Positions 1 through 9,931 of a stretch of 64,000 nt of DNA are shown in pieces (the stretch's first letter is position 1; the number at the start of each line of letters is the position of its first letter). A program made the translations under genes and the position numbers. The notes below the pieces were generated by a model. The model made no database searches and had not been told where the DNA came from. It worked only from the letters and a program-made list of their open reading frames with translations. Location: assembly GCA_037142615.1 (NCBI GenBank), contig JBAXAI010000019.1:1-64000 (forward strand), in the 5' to 3' direction. Origin of the DNA: Spirochaetales bacterium (lineage in GTDB: Bacteria; Spirochaetota; Spirochaetia; JABEVK01).

Positions 1-298
1 GGCTGACGCTTTCGTAGCAGTTCGCCTCGATGGACTCGACGCCGTTGATCTTCGCGACGGCAGATTCCACCGGTTTGGTGATGTTGCTCTCGATGTCGTA
101 GGGGCCCACGCCGGGGCTGATGGTGTACACGACGATGGTCGGAAGTCCGATGTTGGGGAACATCTCCTGCCCGATCTGGGGCAGCGAAGCCAGGCCGAAG
201 GTGAACAGGCCGATGAACACCATCAGTACGGTGATGGGCCGGTTCACGGAAAGGCGGGCAATGCTGTTCTTGGGCTTGCCCAGCGGGGTCGGCGTCAC
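1..298 (-). CDS. RND efflux transporter permease subunit (AcrB/AcrD/AcrF family), N-terminal part; runs off the window
   Basis: Manually translated from GTG at 298 (GTGA overlap with the upstream stop): MTPTPLGKPKNSIARLSVNRPITVLMVFIGLFTFGLASLPQIGQEMFPNIGLPTIVVYTISPGVGPYDIESNITKPVES, a typical AcrB N-terminus. Confidence 0.9.
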   Translation of the reverse strand, partial: MTPTPLGKPKNSIARLSVNRPITVLMVFIGLFTFGLASLPQIGQEMFPNIGLPTIVVYTISPGVGPYDIESNITKPVESAVAKINGVESIEANCYESVS

Positions 299-1617
299 TT
301 CGCAGCGTCCTGGTTCACGACGGTGACCTTCTGGCCGTCCTCGAGGAACGTGTTTCCCTGCAAGACGATCTGAGTGTTAGTTTCTATTCCCGAAACGATT
401 TGTACCATATTGGCGCCCTTGGCTGCCGTCTTCACCTCGACCATCTTGACCACCCGGACAGCGGGTTTTGCCGGGTCTGCCGCAGGCAAAGCGACAAACA
501 GCACAGTCTTGCCGTCGCGGTTGAGCAGGGTCTTTTCGGGTACCTGAGTCACGTTGTCCTTGGTCTTTCGCACCAGCTCGACCTCGGCGAACATGCCGGG
601 CTTGAGCAGGTGGTTGGGGTTATCAACGGCCATCTCGACGTCAAAGCTGCGCGAGGCGCCGTCGATGATGCTGGCCACTTCGGTGATCCGGCCCCGGAAG
701 GGAGGGTGATCCTTCCAGGCGATGGGCGTCACATTCACCTCGAACCCGCTGGGGTCGGTGTAGAACGCGCCGTAGTACGGTTCAGGGATCATCACCGAGG
801 CGAAAATGTCGGAGTCGCTCACGATGGTGAGGAACGGCATCCCCGGTCCGATGGTGTTGCCCCGCTCCACGTGGATGACGGCAACCCGACCGCTGATGGG
901 GGCTTTCAGCTGCGCGTAGTCCTGCTGCAGTTGCGCCAGTTCGAGTTGCTTGCCCTGCGCATTGGCTTGGGCCTGAGCCATCTGGATGTCTTCCGACCGG
1001 GCGCCGTCTTCCATCAGCTTGACCTGGCGGCGGGCGTTATCGATCGAGGTCTCGGCGGCTTTCACCTTGCTCTGCGCATCCTCATATTTGCTTTTGGGCA
1101 GCGTGCCCGAATCGTAAAGGTTCTTGGTGCGGTCAAGGGTTGTCTTGGCGTTGACCAGATCTTCTTCTGCCTGAGCCAGCGAGGCCTTGGCGCTCGAAAG
1201 CTCCTCCGGTCTCACCGCAGTGGTCACTTTCTGCAGTTGGGCCTTCGCGGCCTGGTAGGCTGCCGCTGCCTGTTCGGCCTGAAGACGCACGACGTCGTCC
1301 TCCAGGCGGCCGAGGAGTTGCCCTTCGACCACCTTGTCGCCTTCTTTGACGAGAATGGCGAGGATTTTGCCGCCTATTTTTGCGACCAGGGTCGTGGTAT
1401 CGGCCGGCTTGAGGTGGCCGCTGAACGTCAGCTTTTGCGTCAGGGGCGCGATGGTGGCCGGCCCGAGTACCACCGGCGGGTAGACTTCACCGGTGAGTTC
1501 GCCGTGTGACTCGTTGAACAGACGCGGAACGATAATCACGCCCGCAACGACGACAACCACAGCGGCTGCGATCAGGAAGCGCCGCGATTTCCAAAAGTTC
1601 CCGGAGGAGGCTTTCAT
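295..1617 (-). CDS. RND efflux membrane fusion (adaptor) protein, HlyD family
   Basis: N-terminal TM helix, lipoyl half-motifs (GKILAILVKEGDKVVEGQLL; LKAPISGRV), long coiled coil, LKPGMFAEV; directly upstream of an AcrB-like gene. Confidence 0.92.
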   Translation of the reverse strand: MKASSGNFWKSRRFLIAAAVVVVVAGVIIVPRLFNESHGELTGEVYPPVVLGPATIAPLTQKLTFSGHLKPADTTTLVAKIGGKILAILVKEGDKVVEGQLLGRLEDDVVRLQAEQAAAAYQAAKAQLQKVTTAVRPEELSSAKASLAQAEEDLVNAKTTLDRTKNLYDSGTLPKSKYEDAQSKVKAAETSIDNARRQVKLMEDGARSEDIQMAQAQANAQGKQLELAQLQQDYAQLKAPISGRVAVIHVERGNTIGPGMPFLTIVSDSDIFASVMIPEPYYGAFYTDPSGFEVNVTPIAWKDHPPFRGRITEVASIIDGASRSFDVEMAVDNPNHLLKPGMFAEVELVRKTKDNVTQVPEKTLLNRDGKTVLFVALPAADPAKPAVRVVKMVEVKTAAKGANMVQIVSGIETNTQIVLQGNTFLEDGQKVTVVNQDAAK

Positions 1618-2153
1618 GGGGCCTCCAGCAGGCGCAGCAGACTGCCCTTCACGCGATCGATTTCGTGGTCAATGTCCTTGTGCGGTACCGTTGCAAGCAG
1701 AAAGAGGACGCCGCTGATCCAGATGCGCATGGTTTCGAAGGTGGCGTTGGGCAGGCCGCTCATGGACTTTGAGATCAGCAGGGCGAGCGAGTCCAGACGG
1801 GCGTGCATCAGGTCGAGCCGATTGGCTGCGCTGATCATGCCCCGGACCAGCGGATACAGCGCCTTGAGCATCTCGAGGCCATAACCGAGCAGGGCCTTTG
1901 ACGAAGTTCGTGGGTCCGAACCCTTGGCCAAGATCGCCTCGGTTCCAGCGAAAAAATCGTCCCACACGCGGTCGACGGCTCCCACAAACAGGGCTTCCTT
2001 GTCGGCAAAGTAGGTATAGAGGGTTCCAGGCGCAACCCCGGCCAGGTCGGCGATATCTTTCATAGTGGCGCGCTCGAGTCCCTGGGTACCAAAAACCTCG
2101 ATGGCCGCCTTGAGAATGCGTTGCTGCTTGTCTTCGTCCGGTTGTCGCGACAC
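1614..2153 (-). CDS. TetR/AcrR family transcriptional regulator
   Basis: HTH motif ILKAAIEVF...TMKDIADLAGVAPGTLYTYFADKEAL. Start reassigned to GTG at 2153, which follows an AAGGA SD. Confidence 0.9.
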   Translation of the reverse strand: MSRQPDEDKQQRILKAAIEVFGTQGLERATMKDIADLAGVAPGTLYTYFADKEALFVGAVDRVWDDFFAGTEAILAKGSDPRTSSKALLGYGLEMLKALYPLVRGMISAANRLDLMHARLDSLALLISKSMSGLPNATFETMRIWISGVLFLLATVPHKDIDHEIDRVKGSLLRLLEAP

Positions 2154-2162
2154 GGTGATTCC

Positions 2163-2190
2163 TTTCTTGAATGAACGTTCAATCAAGAAA
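2163..2190. promoter_or_regulatory. Probable TetR operator (28-bp palindrome)
   Basis: TTTCTTGAATGAAC|GTTCAATCAAGAAA, 13 of 14 pairs complementary, immediately upstream of the TetR gene. Confidence 0.7.
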
Positions 2191-2260
2191 AATAACGAGA
2201 CCAACCGCCGTGGTCAAGCAATGGCGTGGAAAATTAACTGATGCGGGTTAAACTTATAGC

Positions 2261-4039
2261 ATGAGTGCCTTCCAGTGGCCAAAGGTGTGGCGTGGCGCGT
2301 GGCTCTCGCTCGCGTCTTTTGCGTTGGGTCTGGTCCTGCGTCTGGTCCTTCAGGGGGTCATGGGCACGAAGCTGATCTGGCTCACGTTCTACCCCGTGGT
2401 CATGCTGGCGGCGCTGTTTGGCGGCGTCTGGTCGGGGTTGGCCACCGCCTTCCTTTCGGCGGCCTTCGCCCTGTTCGCGTGGCCGCTGCTGAGTCCCCAG
2501 CCGTTCGTGGCGGCGCTCGCCGACCAGTTGGGTGTGGGCGTGTTCTTGTTCAACGGCTTGATGATGTCGCTGGTGGCTGAAAGCATGCTGCGGGCCCGCA
2601 GACGTGCCGAAGCGGCCCGTCAGGAGGCCGAGGCTGCCAACCGTGCCAAGTCGGTGTTTCTGGCCCAAATGAGCCACGAATTGCTCACACCGTTCAACGC
2701 CCTGCTGGGCTTTTCTTCGGTGTTGCTGCACGCGCCCGACACCACGCCCCGCCAGCAGGAAATCCTGGGCATCATCCACCGCAACGGGACTCACCTGCTG
2801 GAGCTCATCAACAACGTGCTCGAGATGAGCCGCATCGAGGCCGGCAAGACCACGCTCCGCCTGGAACCGACCTGGGTGCGAAACCTCGTGGCCGAAGTGG
2901 TCGAGTTGCTGCGCGAGCGGGCCGAAGGCAAGGGGCTTGGTCTCACGGTCGAAGTCGAGCCCGGCACACCACCGGTGGTCCTGACCGACGCGCTCAAGTT
3001 CCGGCAGATTCTGACCAACCTGGTTGGCAACGCGATCAAGTTCAGCGACCGTGGCACGGTCCGCGTGGGCTTGAGGCCCGAACCGGGGCGCGACGGGGAC
3101 TTTCCGTGGCTGGGCCTGTGGGTGAGCGACACCGGCCCTGGCATCGCGCCCGAAGACCAGACCCGCGTGTTCGCGGCCTTCGAGCAGGTGGGGCCGCCGA
3201 ACGCAGGCGAGGGCACCGGCTTGGGACTCGCCATCGTGGACCAGTTGGTGCGTGCATTGGGAGGCACGGTTCGCCTGGAAAGCGCGTTGGGAACAGGGAG
3301 CTGTTTCTACGTGGCCTTTCCGGCTCAACCGGTTAGCTCCTTGGCCATCGAAGGGTTGCCGCCGGCGACCGCGTCGTTGCTGGCCCAGGTGCAGGTCGCG
3401 CCAGGAAGCGAGGGACACCGCTTCCTGGTCGTTGACGACCAGAGCGACAACCGCCTGCTCCTCAAGACCATCCACGACGAGCTGGGCCAGCAGTGCCGTC
3501 TGGCCTCCAATGGCGAGGAGGCCGTGCAGGTGTTCCGCCAGTGGCACCCGGAACTGATTTGGATGGATGTCCGCATGGCCGGCATGGGCGGCATCGAGGC
3601 GGTCCGCCGCATCCGGGCCCTTCCGGGCGGGAACCTGCCCATTATTGCCGTGACGGCGTCGGTGTTCGTGGAGCAGCAGGAGTCGCTGCTGGCCCAGGGG
3701 TTCGACGCGATGCTCACCAAACCGTACCCCCTTGAGGCCATCCGGTCCCTCATGACGGCGCATCTGGGTTTGGAGTTCGTCGTGCCGCGGCCGGTCATCG
3801 TGCCAAGCGTCCCAGGAGACCTGCCACCGTTGCCTGCCGAGGAGGCGCTGGCGGTGCGGCAAGCCCTGGACTCCCTGGACCCTGAGCTCATCGACCAGAC
3901 CATTCAGGCGTTCCAGCGGCGTAACCCGGTACTCGGCTCCTATCTCCGTCTGTCGGTCGAGAGTCTCGACTACACGGGGTTGCGGGCCAAGCTCGACGCG
4001 TTGCGGCCGAGCTCCCATTCCTCAGGAGGAACCCCATGA
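2261..4039 (+). CDS. Hybrid sensor histidine kinase (membrane sensor, HisKA, HATPase, receiver)
   Basis: Four N-terminal TM helices (DUF4118-like), H-box MSHELLTP, N-box NLVGNAIKF, G-boxes DTGPGI/GTGLGLAI, receiver VVDD...MDVRM...KP. Confidence 0.92.
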   Translation: MSAFQWPKVWRGAWLSLASFALGLVLRLVLQGVMGTKLIWLTFYPVVMLAALFGGVWSGLATAFLSAAFALFAWPLLSPQPFVAALADQLGVGVFLFNGLMMSLVAESMLRARRRAEAARQEAEAANRAKSVFLAQMSHELLTPFNALLGFSSVLLHAPDTTPRQQEILGIIHRNGTHLLELINNVLEMSRIEAGKTTLRLEPTWVRNLVAEVVELLRERAEGKGLGLTVEVEPGTPPVVLTDALKFRQILTNLVGNAIKFSDRGTVRVGLRPEPGRDGDFPWLGLWVSDTGPGIAPEDQTRVFAAFEQVGPPNAGEGTGLGLAIVDQLVRALGGTVRLESALGTGSCFYVAFPAQPVSSLAIEGLPPATASLLAQVQVAPGSEGHRFLVVDDQSDNRLLLKTIHDELGQQCRLASNGEEAVQVFRQWHPELIWMDVRMAGMGGIEAVRRIRALPGGNLPIIAVTASVFVEQQESLLAQGFDAMLTKPYPLEAIRSLMTAHLGLEFVVPRPVIVPSVPGDLPPLPAEEALAVRQALDSLDPELIDQTIQAFQRRNPVLGSYLRLSVESLDYTGLRAKLDALRPSSHSSGGTP

Positions 4040-5076
4040 TGCCCGCCCCGCGCGTGCTCATCGTTGACGACCAGATCGACTCGCTCAAGTGGCTCTACGA
4101 GGTGCTGACGCAGAACGGGTACAAGACGCTGCTGGCCAACAGCGGCGAACTGGCCCTGCAATCCATCGCCCGCGTCCAGCCCGACCTGCTTCTGCTCGAC
4201 GTGAGCATGCCGGGCATGGACGGATTTGAGCTCTGTCGCCGGGTCAAGGCCGACCCCGCGACGCGCGACATTCCGGTGATTTTCCTGTCGGCTGCCGACG
4301 CCGAGGCCAAGCTCGAGGCCTTCCGTGCCGGTGGCGTCGATTTTGTCCCCAAACCGTTCAGCGAGGCCGAAGTGCTGGCGCGGGTAGCGGCGCAGTGGGA
4401 CCTCCGGCGGCTGCGGCTGGGGCTCAAAGAGCAGATCGCCGAGCGCACCGAGGAGCTTCACCAGGCGCTCAAGGACAAAGACTTACTGATGCGCGAGCTG
4501 CAACACCGGGTGAAGAACCACCTGACCTTGGTCACCGGCCTGCTGACACTCACCGAAGCGACGTCGGCCGACGAACCGGCCGGCGAAGTGCTTGAAAAGG
4601 CGCGTTGCCGGGTGCAGGCCCTGGCCTCGGTCTACGACCTGCTCTACCGCAGCGACGAGCACGAGACGGTCGATGTTTCGGGGTACGTGGAACGGCTCCT
4701 GAACCCCTGGAGGGACAACCTGCCGGCCGGGATCACGCTGGAGCAGCGGGTACTCGCCGTACCCTTGCCGACGACACAGCTGATTCCGCTGGGCCTCATC
4801 ATCACGGAACTGGTCACCAATGCGCTCAAATACGCCTTTCCGGCGCAGCGCGTGGGTCGCATCCTGGTAGTGCTCGAGAGGCAGGGCGACAACCTGAAAC
4901 TCTCGGTCTCTGACAACGGCGTCGGTACCTCAACGACGGGGGAACACCACGGGTTGGGCTGGGAGCTCATCGAGTCGCTCAGCCACCAGCTCAAGGGCGG
5001 CTGGAGCACCTGTTCCGACCAGGGCATCTGCGTGGAAGTCTGGTTCGCCGGCCCACGGGCGCTAGCGCCCTTATAG
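4036..5076 (+). CDS. Receiver domain fused to HisKA_2-type histidine kinase
   Basis: Receiver IVDD...LLDVSMP...KP, then ELQHRVKNHL, ELVTNALKYAF, DNGVG; overlaps the upstream stop. Confidence 0.9.
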   Translation: MMPAPRVLIVDDQIDSLKWLYEVLTQNGYKTLLANSGELALQSIARVQPDLLLLDVSMPGMDGFELCRRVKADPATRDIPVIFLSAADAEAKLEAFRAGGVDFVPKPFSEAEVLARVAAQWDLRRLRLGLKEQIAERTEELHQALKDKDLLMRELQHRVKNHLTLVTGLLTLTEATSADEPAGEVLEKARCRVQALASVYDLLYRSDEHETVDVSGYVERLLNPWRDNLPAGITLEQRVLAVPLPTTQLIPLGLIITELVTNALKYAFPAQRVGRILVVLERQGDNLKLSVSDNGVGTSTTGEHHGLGWELIESLSHQLKGGWSTCSDQGICVEVWFAGPRALAPL

Positions 5077-5078
5077 CC

Positions 5079-5100
5079 GGCGAACCGCGTGCGGTTCGCC
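5079..5100. terminator. Hairpin between convergent genes, possible bidirectional terminator
   Basis: Perfect inverted repeat GGCGAACCGC-GT-GCGGTTCGCC; no clear U-tract. Confidence 0.4.
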
Positions 5101-5140
5101 ATAGGCGAGCGGCCGGCTCTTTGCGAAGCAAAAGCGGTTG

Positions 5141-6571
<1,431 letters not shown>

Positions 6572-6615
6572 GAAAAGACTCCTGAGGAAGTTTGCGCCCG
6601 GCTCAGCCGATCGGC

Positions 6616-6951
6616 TCAGCCGAGCTCGTCCCTCAATCTTAACATGGCCTTGAAGGCCGAGTCAGGCTTTTTGAGCTCTTTGCTGCCACGGGTGATTTTG
6701 CACAGGCTGACGCCCAGCTCGGACGCCACCTGCCGCTGGGTTTCGCCCAAGTTGATGCGGTTCACAAGTTCCCAGCGGGCGGCAATATCCAAACGCTCGC
6801 TGGGCGTCAAGAGGCTGGTAAGAAAGGCCTTGACGAGCTGGGGGTCACCGCTGGCGGTCAGCACCCGGGTCAGCTCGTCGAACGACCCCTCCAAGAGCAG
6901 TTGGCGAGCCCCGGGGTCCTCGGAAGCGCTCGTTTTGGAGGGGGTAGGCAA
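6616..6951 (-). CDS. TrpR/YerC family repressor-like protein
   Basis: [14 protein letters not shown]...[24 protein letters not shown] matches the Trp repressor family pattern. Confidence 0.82.
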   Translation of the reverse strand: MPTPSKTSASEDPGARQLLLEGSFDELTRVLTASGDPQLVKAFLTSLLTPSERLDIAARWELVNRINLGETQRQVASELGVSLCKITRGSKELKKPDSAFKAMLRLRDELG

Positions 6952-6954
6952 GTG

Positions 6955-7665
6955 CTAGTTCCGCCGTCCGCCGAACAGGCGCAGCAACATCAGGAACAGG
7001 TTGATGAAGTCGAGGTACAGCTGGAGTGCTCCGAGAAGACCCAGCTTGCGAAGGGCCACGGTGTCGCCGCTCATCTGTTCCTGGGCCTGCTTGAGTTTCC
7101 AGGTGTCGTAGGCAGTGAGGCCGGTGAACACCAGCACGCCGACGATGCTGATGAGGTAGCCCATCAGGGTCGAGCGAAGGAACAGGTTTACCAGGCTGGC
7201 GATGATGATGCCGATGACACCCATGAACAGGATGTTGCCCCATTTTGAAAGGTCGCTCTTGGTCGCGTATCCCCACAGGCTCACCGCGAAAAACATCGCC
7301 GAGCAGATGAAGAAGGTGCTGGCGATGCTGCCGAGCGAGTAGATCAGGAAGATCGACGACAAGGTCACACCGTTGAGGAAGGCGTAAAGCGCGAACAGCG
7401 CCGACCCGGTCTCGAAGCTCAGATCGAAGACCCTCGACGACAGGTACCAAACCAGGCCCACTTCAGCGACAATCAGCACAATCAAACCGACGGGAAAACC
7501 TCCCGCCGTGGCGAACACCAGATTCATGACGAACTGGTTCTGCGAGGTGAAGAACGAAGCGACAGCCGTCAGCAGAATCGCGAGCCCCATCCAGGAGTAC
7601 ACCTGATACAGGAACTTCTTCTGTTCGATGGCGGCCTTCTCGGAAGCCACGTAAAAGTTGGACAT
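6955..7665 (-). CDS. Bax inhibitor-1/YccA family membrane protein
   Basis: Seven TM helices, FTGLTAYDT, ALQLYLDFINLFLMLL; SD AGGAGG. Confidence 0.93.
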   Translation of the reverse strand: MSNFYVASEKAAIEQKKFLYQVYSWMGLAILLTAVASFFTSQNQFVMNLVFATAGGFPVGLIVLIVAEVGLVWYLSSRVFDLSFETGSALFALYAFLNGVTLSSIFLIYSLGSIASTFFICSAMFFAVSLWGYATKSDLSKWGNILFMGVIGIIIASLVNLFLRSTLMGYLISIVGVLVFTGLTAYDTWKLKQAQEQMSGDTVALRKLGLLGALQLYLDFINLFLMLLRLFGGRRN

Positions 7666-7744
7666 AGTCCCTCCTGCCCATCAAAATACAGAAAATTGTC
7701 GAACCGATCAATCCGATGCCGGAACAGAAAGTTTTGAAAAGTGC

Positions 7745-7775
7745 TTGAGTATAACGTAACGTCAGGGTTTAGGAT
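7745..7775 (+). promoter_or_regulatory. MerR-type promoter with 19-bp spacer and dyad operator
   Basis: TTGAGT-N19-TAGGAT with TAACGT-A-ACGTCA dyad in the spacer; ATG lies 5 nt downstream with no SD. Confidence 0.75.
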
Positions 7776-7780
7776 GGCTT

Positions 7781-9049
7781 ATGTACACGGTCAAGCAGGT
7801 CGCGACAATCGCCGGAATCACAGTCCGCACGCTGCATCACTACGATGCCCTCGGGCTCTTCCCTCCTGCCAGGACCGGCGCCAACGGCTACCGCTACTAT
7901 ACCGAGCAGTCACTGTTGCTCCTGCAACAGATCCTGTTCTACCGGGAACTGGGGCTGGACCTCGAGGCCATCGCCAAACTGATGCGCCAAGACGGCTTTT
8001 CGGTGGTGAAGGCGCTCGAGTCTCACCGCAGGGCTCTGGGCCAACGCATTGAGAGGCTGCAAAGGTTGATTCAGACCGTAGACAACACGATCGCGCAGCA
8101 AAAAGGAGACGTCAAAATGAACAAGGAAGCCTGGTTCGACGGCCTGTCGGACCAAGAGAAAGCGTACGCCGACGAGGCTGGGCAGAAGTGGGACCCCGCC
8201 GTGGTGAAGGAATCGAACCGGCGCTATGCCCGCCTGACCCCGGCCGAGAAGCAGAAGAGAAAGGACGAAGGCGAGGCGCGAAACCGTTCGTGGGCCGCGC
8301 TCATCGGCACCGACCCGGCGTCGCCCGCCGCCCACAAACTCGTGGAAAGCTGGAGGGAAGAGATCGAGTTCTTCTACCCGACCACCCCCGAGGGTTTGCT
8401 GGGGCTCGCCGAAATGTACAACCAGGACGAGCGGTTCAAGGCCAACTACGACAAAGTCGATCCGAGGTTGGCGGCGTACCTTCTCGAGTGCGTGAGGGCC
8501 TTCTTTGGCAGTTCAGCCGTGCTCGGAAGCTTGCTGGTGTTGCTGGACGACTACGAGCGTCGTTTTCCCGACGACACCGCCGCGGCCCAGTTCCGGGCTT
8601 TTGCCGCCAGCGGCGAACCGCTTCAGGGCAAGGCCAACCCGCGCCGCCACATCACGGCCAGCACCTGGATCGTCAACCGAGCCCGAACGCGTGTTCTGTT
8701 GACCCACCACGCCAAGCTGCATAAGTGGGTTCAGTTGGGCGGCCACACCGACGAGGGTGAGGACTGGACGGCGGCGGCGCTCCGCGAAGCGCACGAGGAG
8801 TCGGGCTTGCAGGGCCTGAGCCTCGCGCAGGAGGGGCTTTTCGACCTCGATGTGCACGAGATTCCTGCCCGGCCAGGTCAGGCGGCACACGACCACTACG
8901 ACCTGCGGTTCCTGGTCGAGGCCGACGACCGGGTGCCGTTGGTGATCAGCGATGAGAGTCACGACCTTGCCTGGGTCAACCTGGCCGACCTTGCCCGCTA
9001 CACCTCCGAGGCTTCGCAGCTCCGGATGGCAGCCAAAACCTCTGCGTAG
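7781..9049 (+). CDS. MerR (TipA/Mta-type) regulator with TipAS domain fused to a NUDIX hydrolase
   Basis: MerR HTH (TVRTLHHYD...NGYRYY), TipAS motif YNQDERFKANYD, Nudix box GGHTDEGEDWTAAALREAHEESGL, all in one reading frame. Confidence 0.85.
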   Translation: MYTVKQVATIAGITVRTLHHYDALGLFPPARTGANGYRYYTEQSLLLLQQILFYRELGLDLEAIAKLMRQDGFSVVKALESHRRALGQRIERLQRLIQTVDNTIAQQKGDVKMNKEAWFDGLSDQEKAYADEAGQKWDPAVVKESNRRYARLTPAEKQKRKDEGEARNRSWAALIGTDPASPAAHKLVESWREEIEFFYPTTPEGLLGLAEMYNQDERFKANYDKVDPRLAAYLLECVRAFFGSSAVLGSLLVLLDDYERRFPDDTAAAQFRAFAASGEPLQGKANPRRHITASTWIVNRARTRVLLTHHAKLHKWVQLGGHTDEGEDWTAAALREAHEESGLQGLSLAQEGLFDLDVHEIPARPGQAAHDHYDLRFLVEADDRVPLVISDESHDLAWVNLADLARYTSEASQLRMAAKTSA

Positions 9050-9055
9050 CCCGGT

Positions 9056-9799
9056 CTATTTTCCGCGTTCGACGAAACGGTTAGACCCGCCGTCGCGCCC
9101 AAAGGCGAAGGGGTTCCAGGTTTCGGTGCCCACGATGTCTTTTCCCTCATATTTCTTGATGGCCCGGATGGCGAGCACGGTCAGAGGCGTGAAGACGACC
9201 TCCACCAGATTCTTGATCAGCCATTGGCTGACGATGAGACTGACCAACGCCGTGGCCGGAAAGACGCCGAAGAGCACCGCGACGCCGACGAAAATCGAGG
9301 TGTCGACCAGTTCGCCGACGATGGTGGACCCTATGGTTCTCAGCGGTAGCCAACGATGCCTGGGGTCCCAGTCCATCATCCAGATTTTCAGCGAGGCCAG
9401 CACCGAATCGTTGGCGAAACTGCCGAACCACGAACCCGCGAGGCTGGCCACCACGAGGCCTGGCACCTGGCCGAGCACGGCGCTGAACGCCTGCTGGTTG
9501 GTGAACTCAGGGCTGAAGGGCAGCGCGACCGAGGCCGTGTACAGACCTGCCGCCAAAAGGTTGGCGGCAAACGCGTACCAAACCACCCGCCTCGAAGCCG
9601 CATAGCCGTACACTTCGGTGAGCACGTCCGACAAAATGTAGGTAAAGGGAAACAGCAGCAGCGTGCCCACGTCGGTGGTGACCGGCAGGCCCAACAGAGG
9701 GAACGAAAAGAACTTCTGCGAGATGATGTTCGACACCAGAACCAGACACACCGCCGCGGCGATGATCGGCTCCAAAAGGCTGAAACGGGAACGGGTCAT
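9056..9799 (-). CDS. Queuosine precursor transporter (YhhQ/VUT family)
   Basis: LFPFTYILSDVLTEVYGY, LRTIGSTIVGELVDT; preQ1 riboswitch upstream. Confidence 0.9.
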   Translation of the reverse strand: MTRSRFSLLEPIIAAAVCLVLVSNIISQKFFSFPLLGLPVTTDVGTLLLFPFTYILSDVLTEVYGYAASRRVVWYAFAANLLAAGLYTASVALPFSPEFTNQQAFSAVLGQVPGLVVASLAGSWFGSFANDSVLASLKIWMMDWDPRHRWLPLRTIGSTIVGELVDTSIFVGVAVLFGVFPATALVSLIVSQWLIKNLVEVVFTPLTVLAIRAIKKYEGKDIVGTETWNPFAFGRDGGSNRFVERGK

Positions 9800-9805
9800 A
9801 GAGGT

Positions 9806-9851
9806 CTCCTGGTTTTCATTTGTTGCGCGCAGGAGGTCTGCGAACTGCGCG
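9806..9851 (-). ncRNA. preQ1-I riboswitch (type-1-like), translational
   Basis: Minus strand CGCGCAG-UUCGCAGACCUC-CUGCGCG-CAACAAAUGAAAACCAGGAG: 7-bp P1, type-1 loop signature, A-rich tail ending in the SD of the YhhQ gene. Confidence 0.75.
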
Positions 9852-9931
9852 TTGCGGTCCTGTGAGCCAGAACCGGCTTGATCCTAGGCGCTTTGTCCCG
9901 GTATTGTCAAACCTCACTCTGGAGGTCCGCC

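Noticed and set aside
6572-6623. T-box or attenuator before asnS, and tandem CGGCTCAGCCGA repeat
   Set aside because: The gap is only 44 bp with no T-box motif; the 12-bp duplication is too short to interpret.
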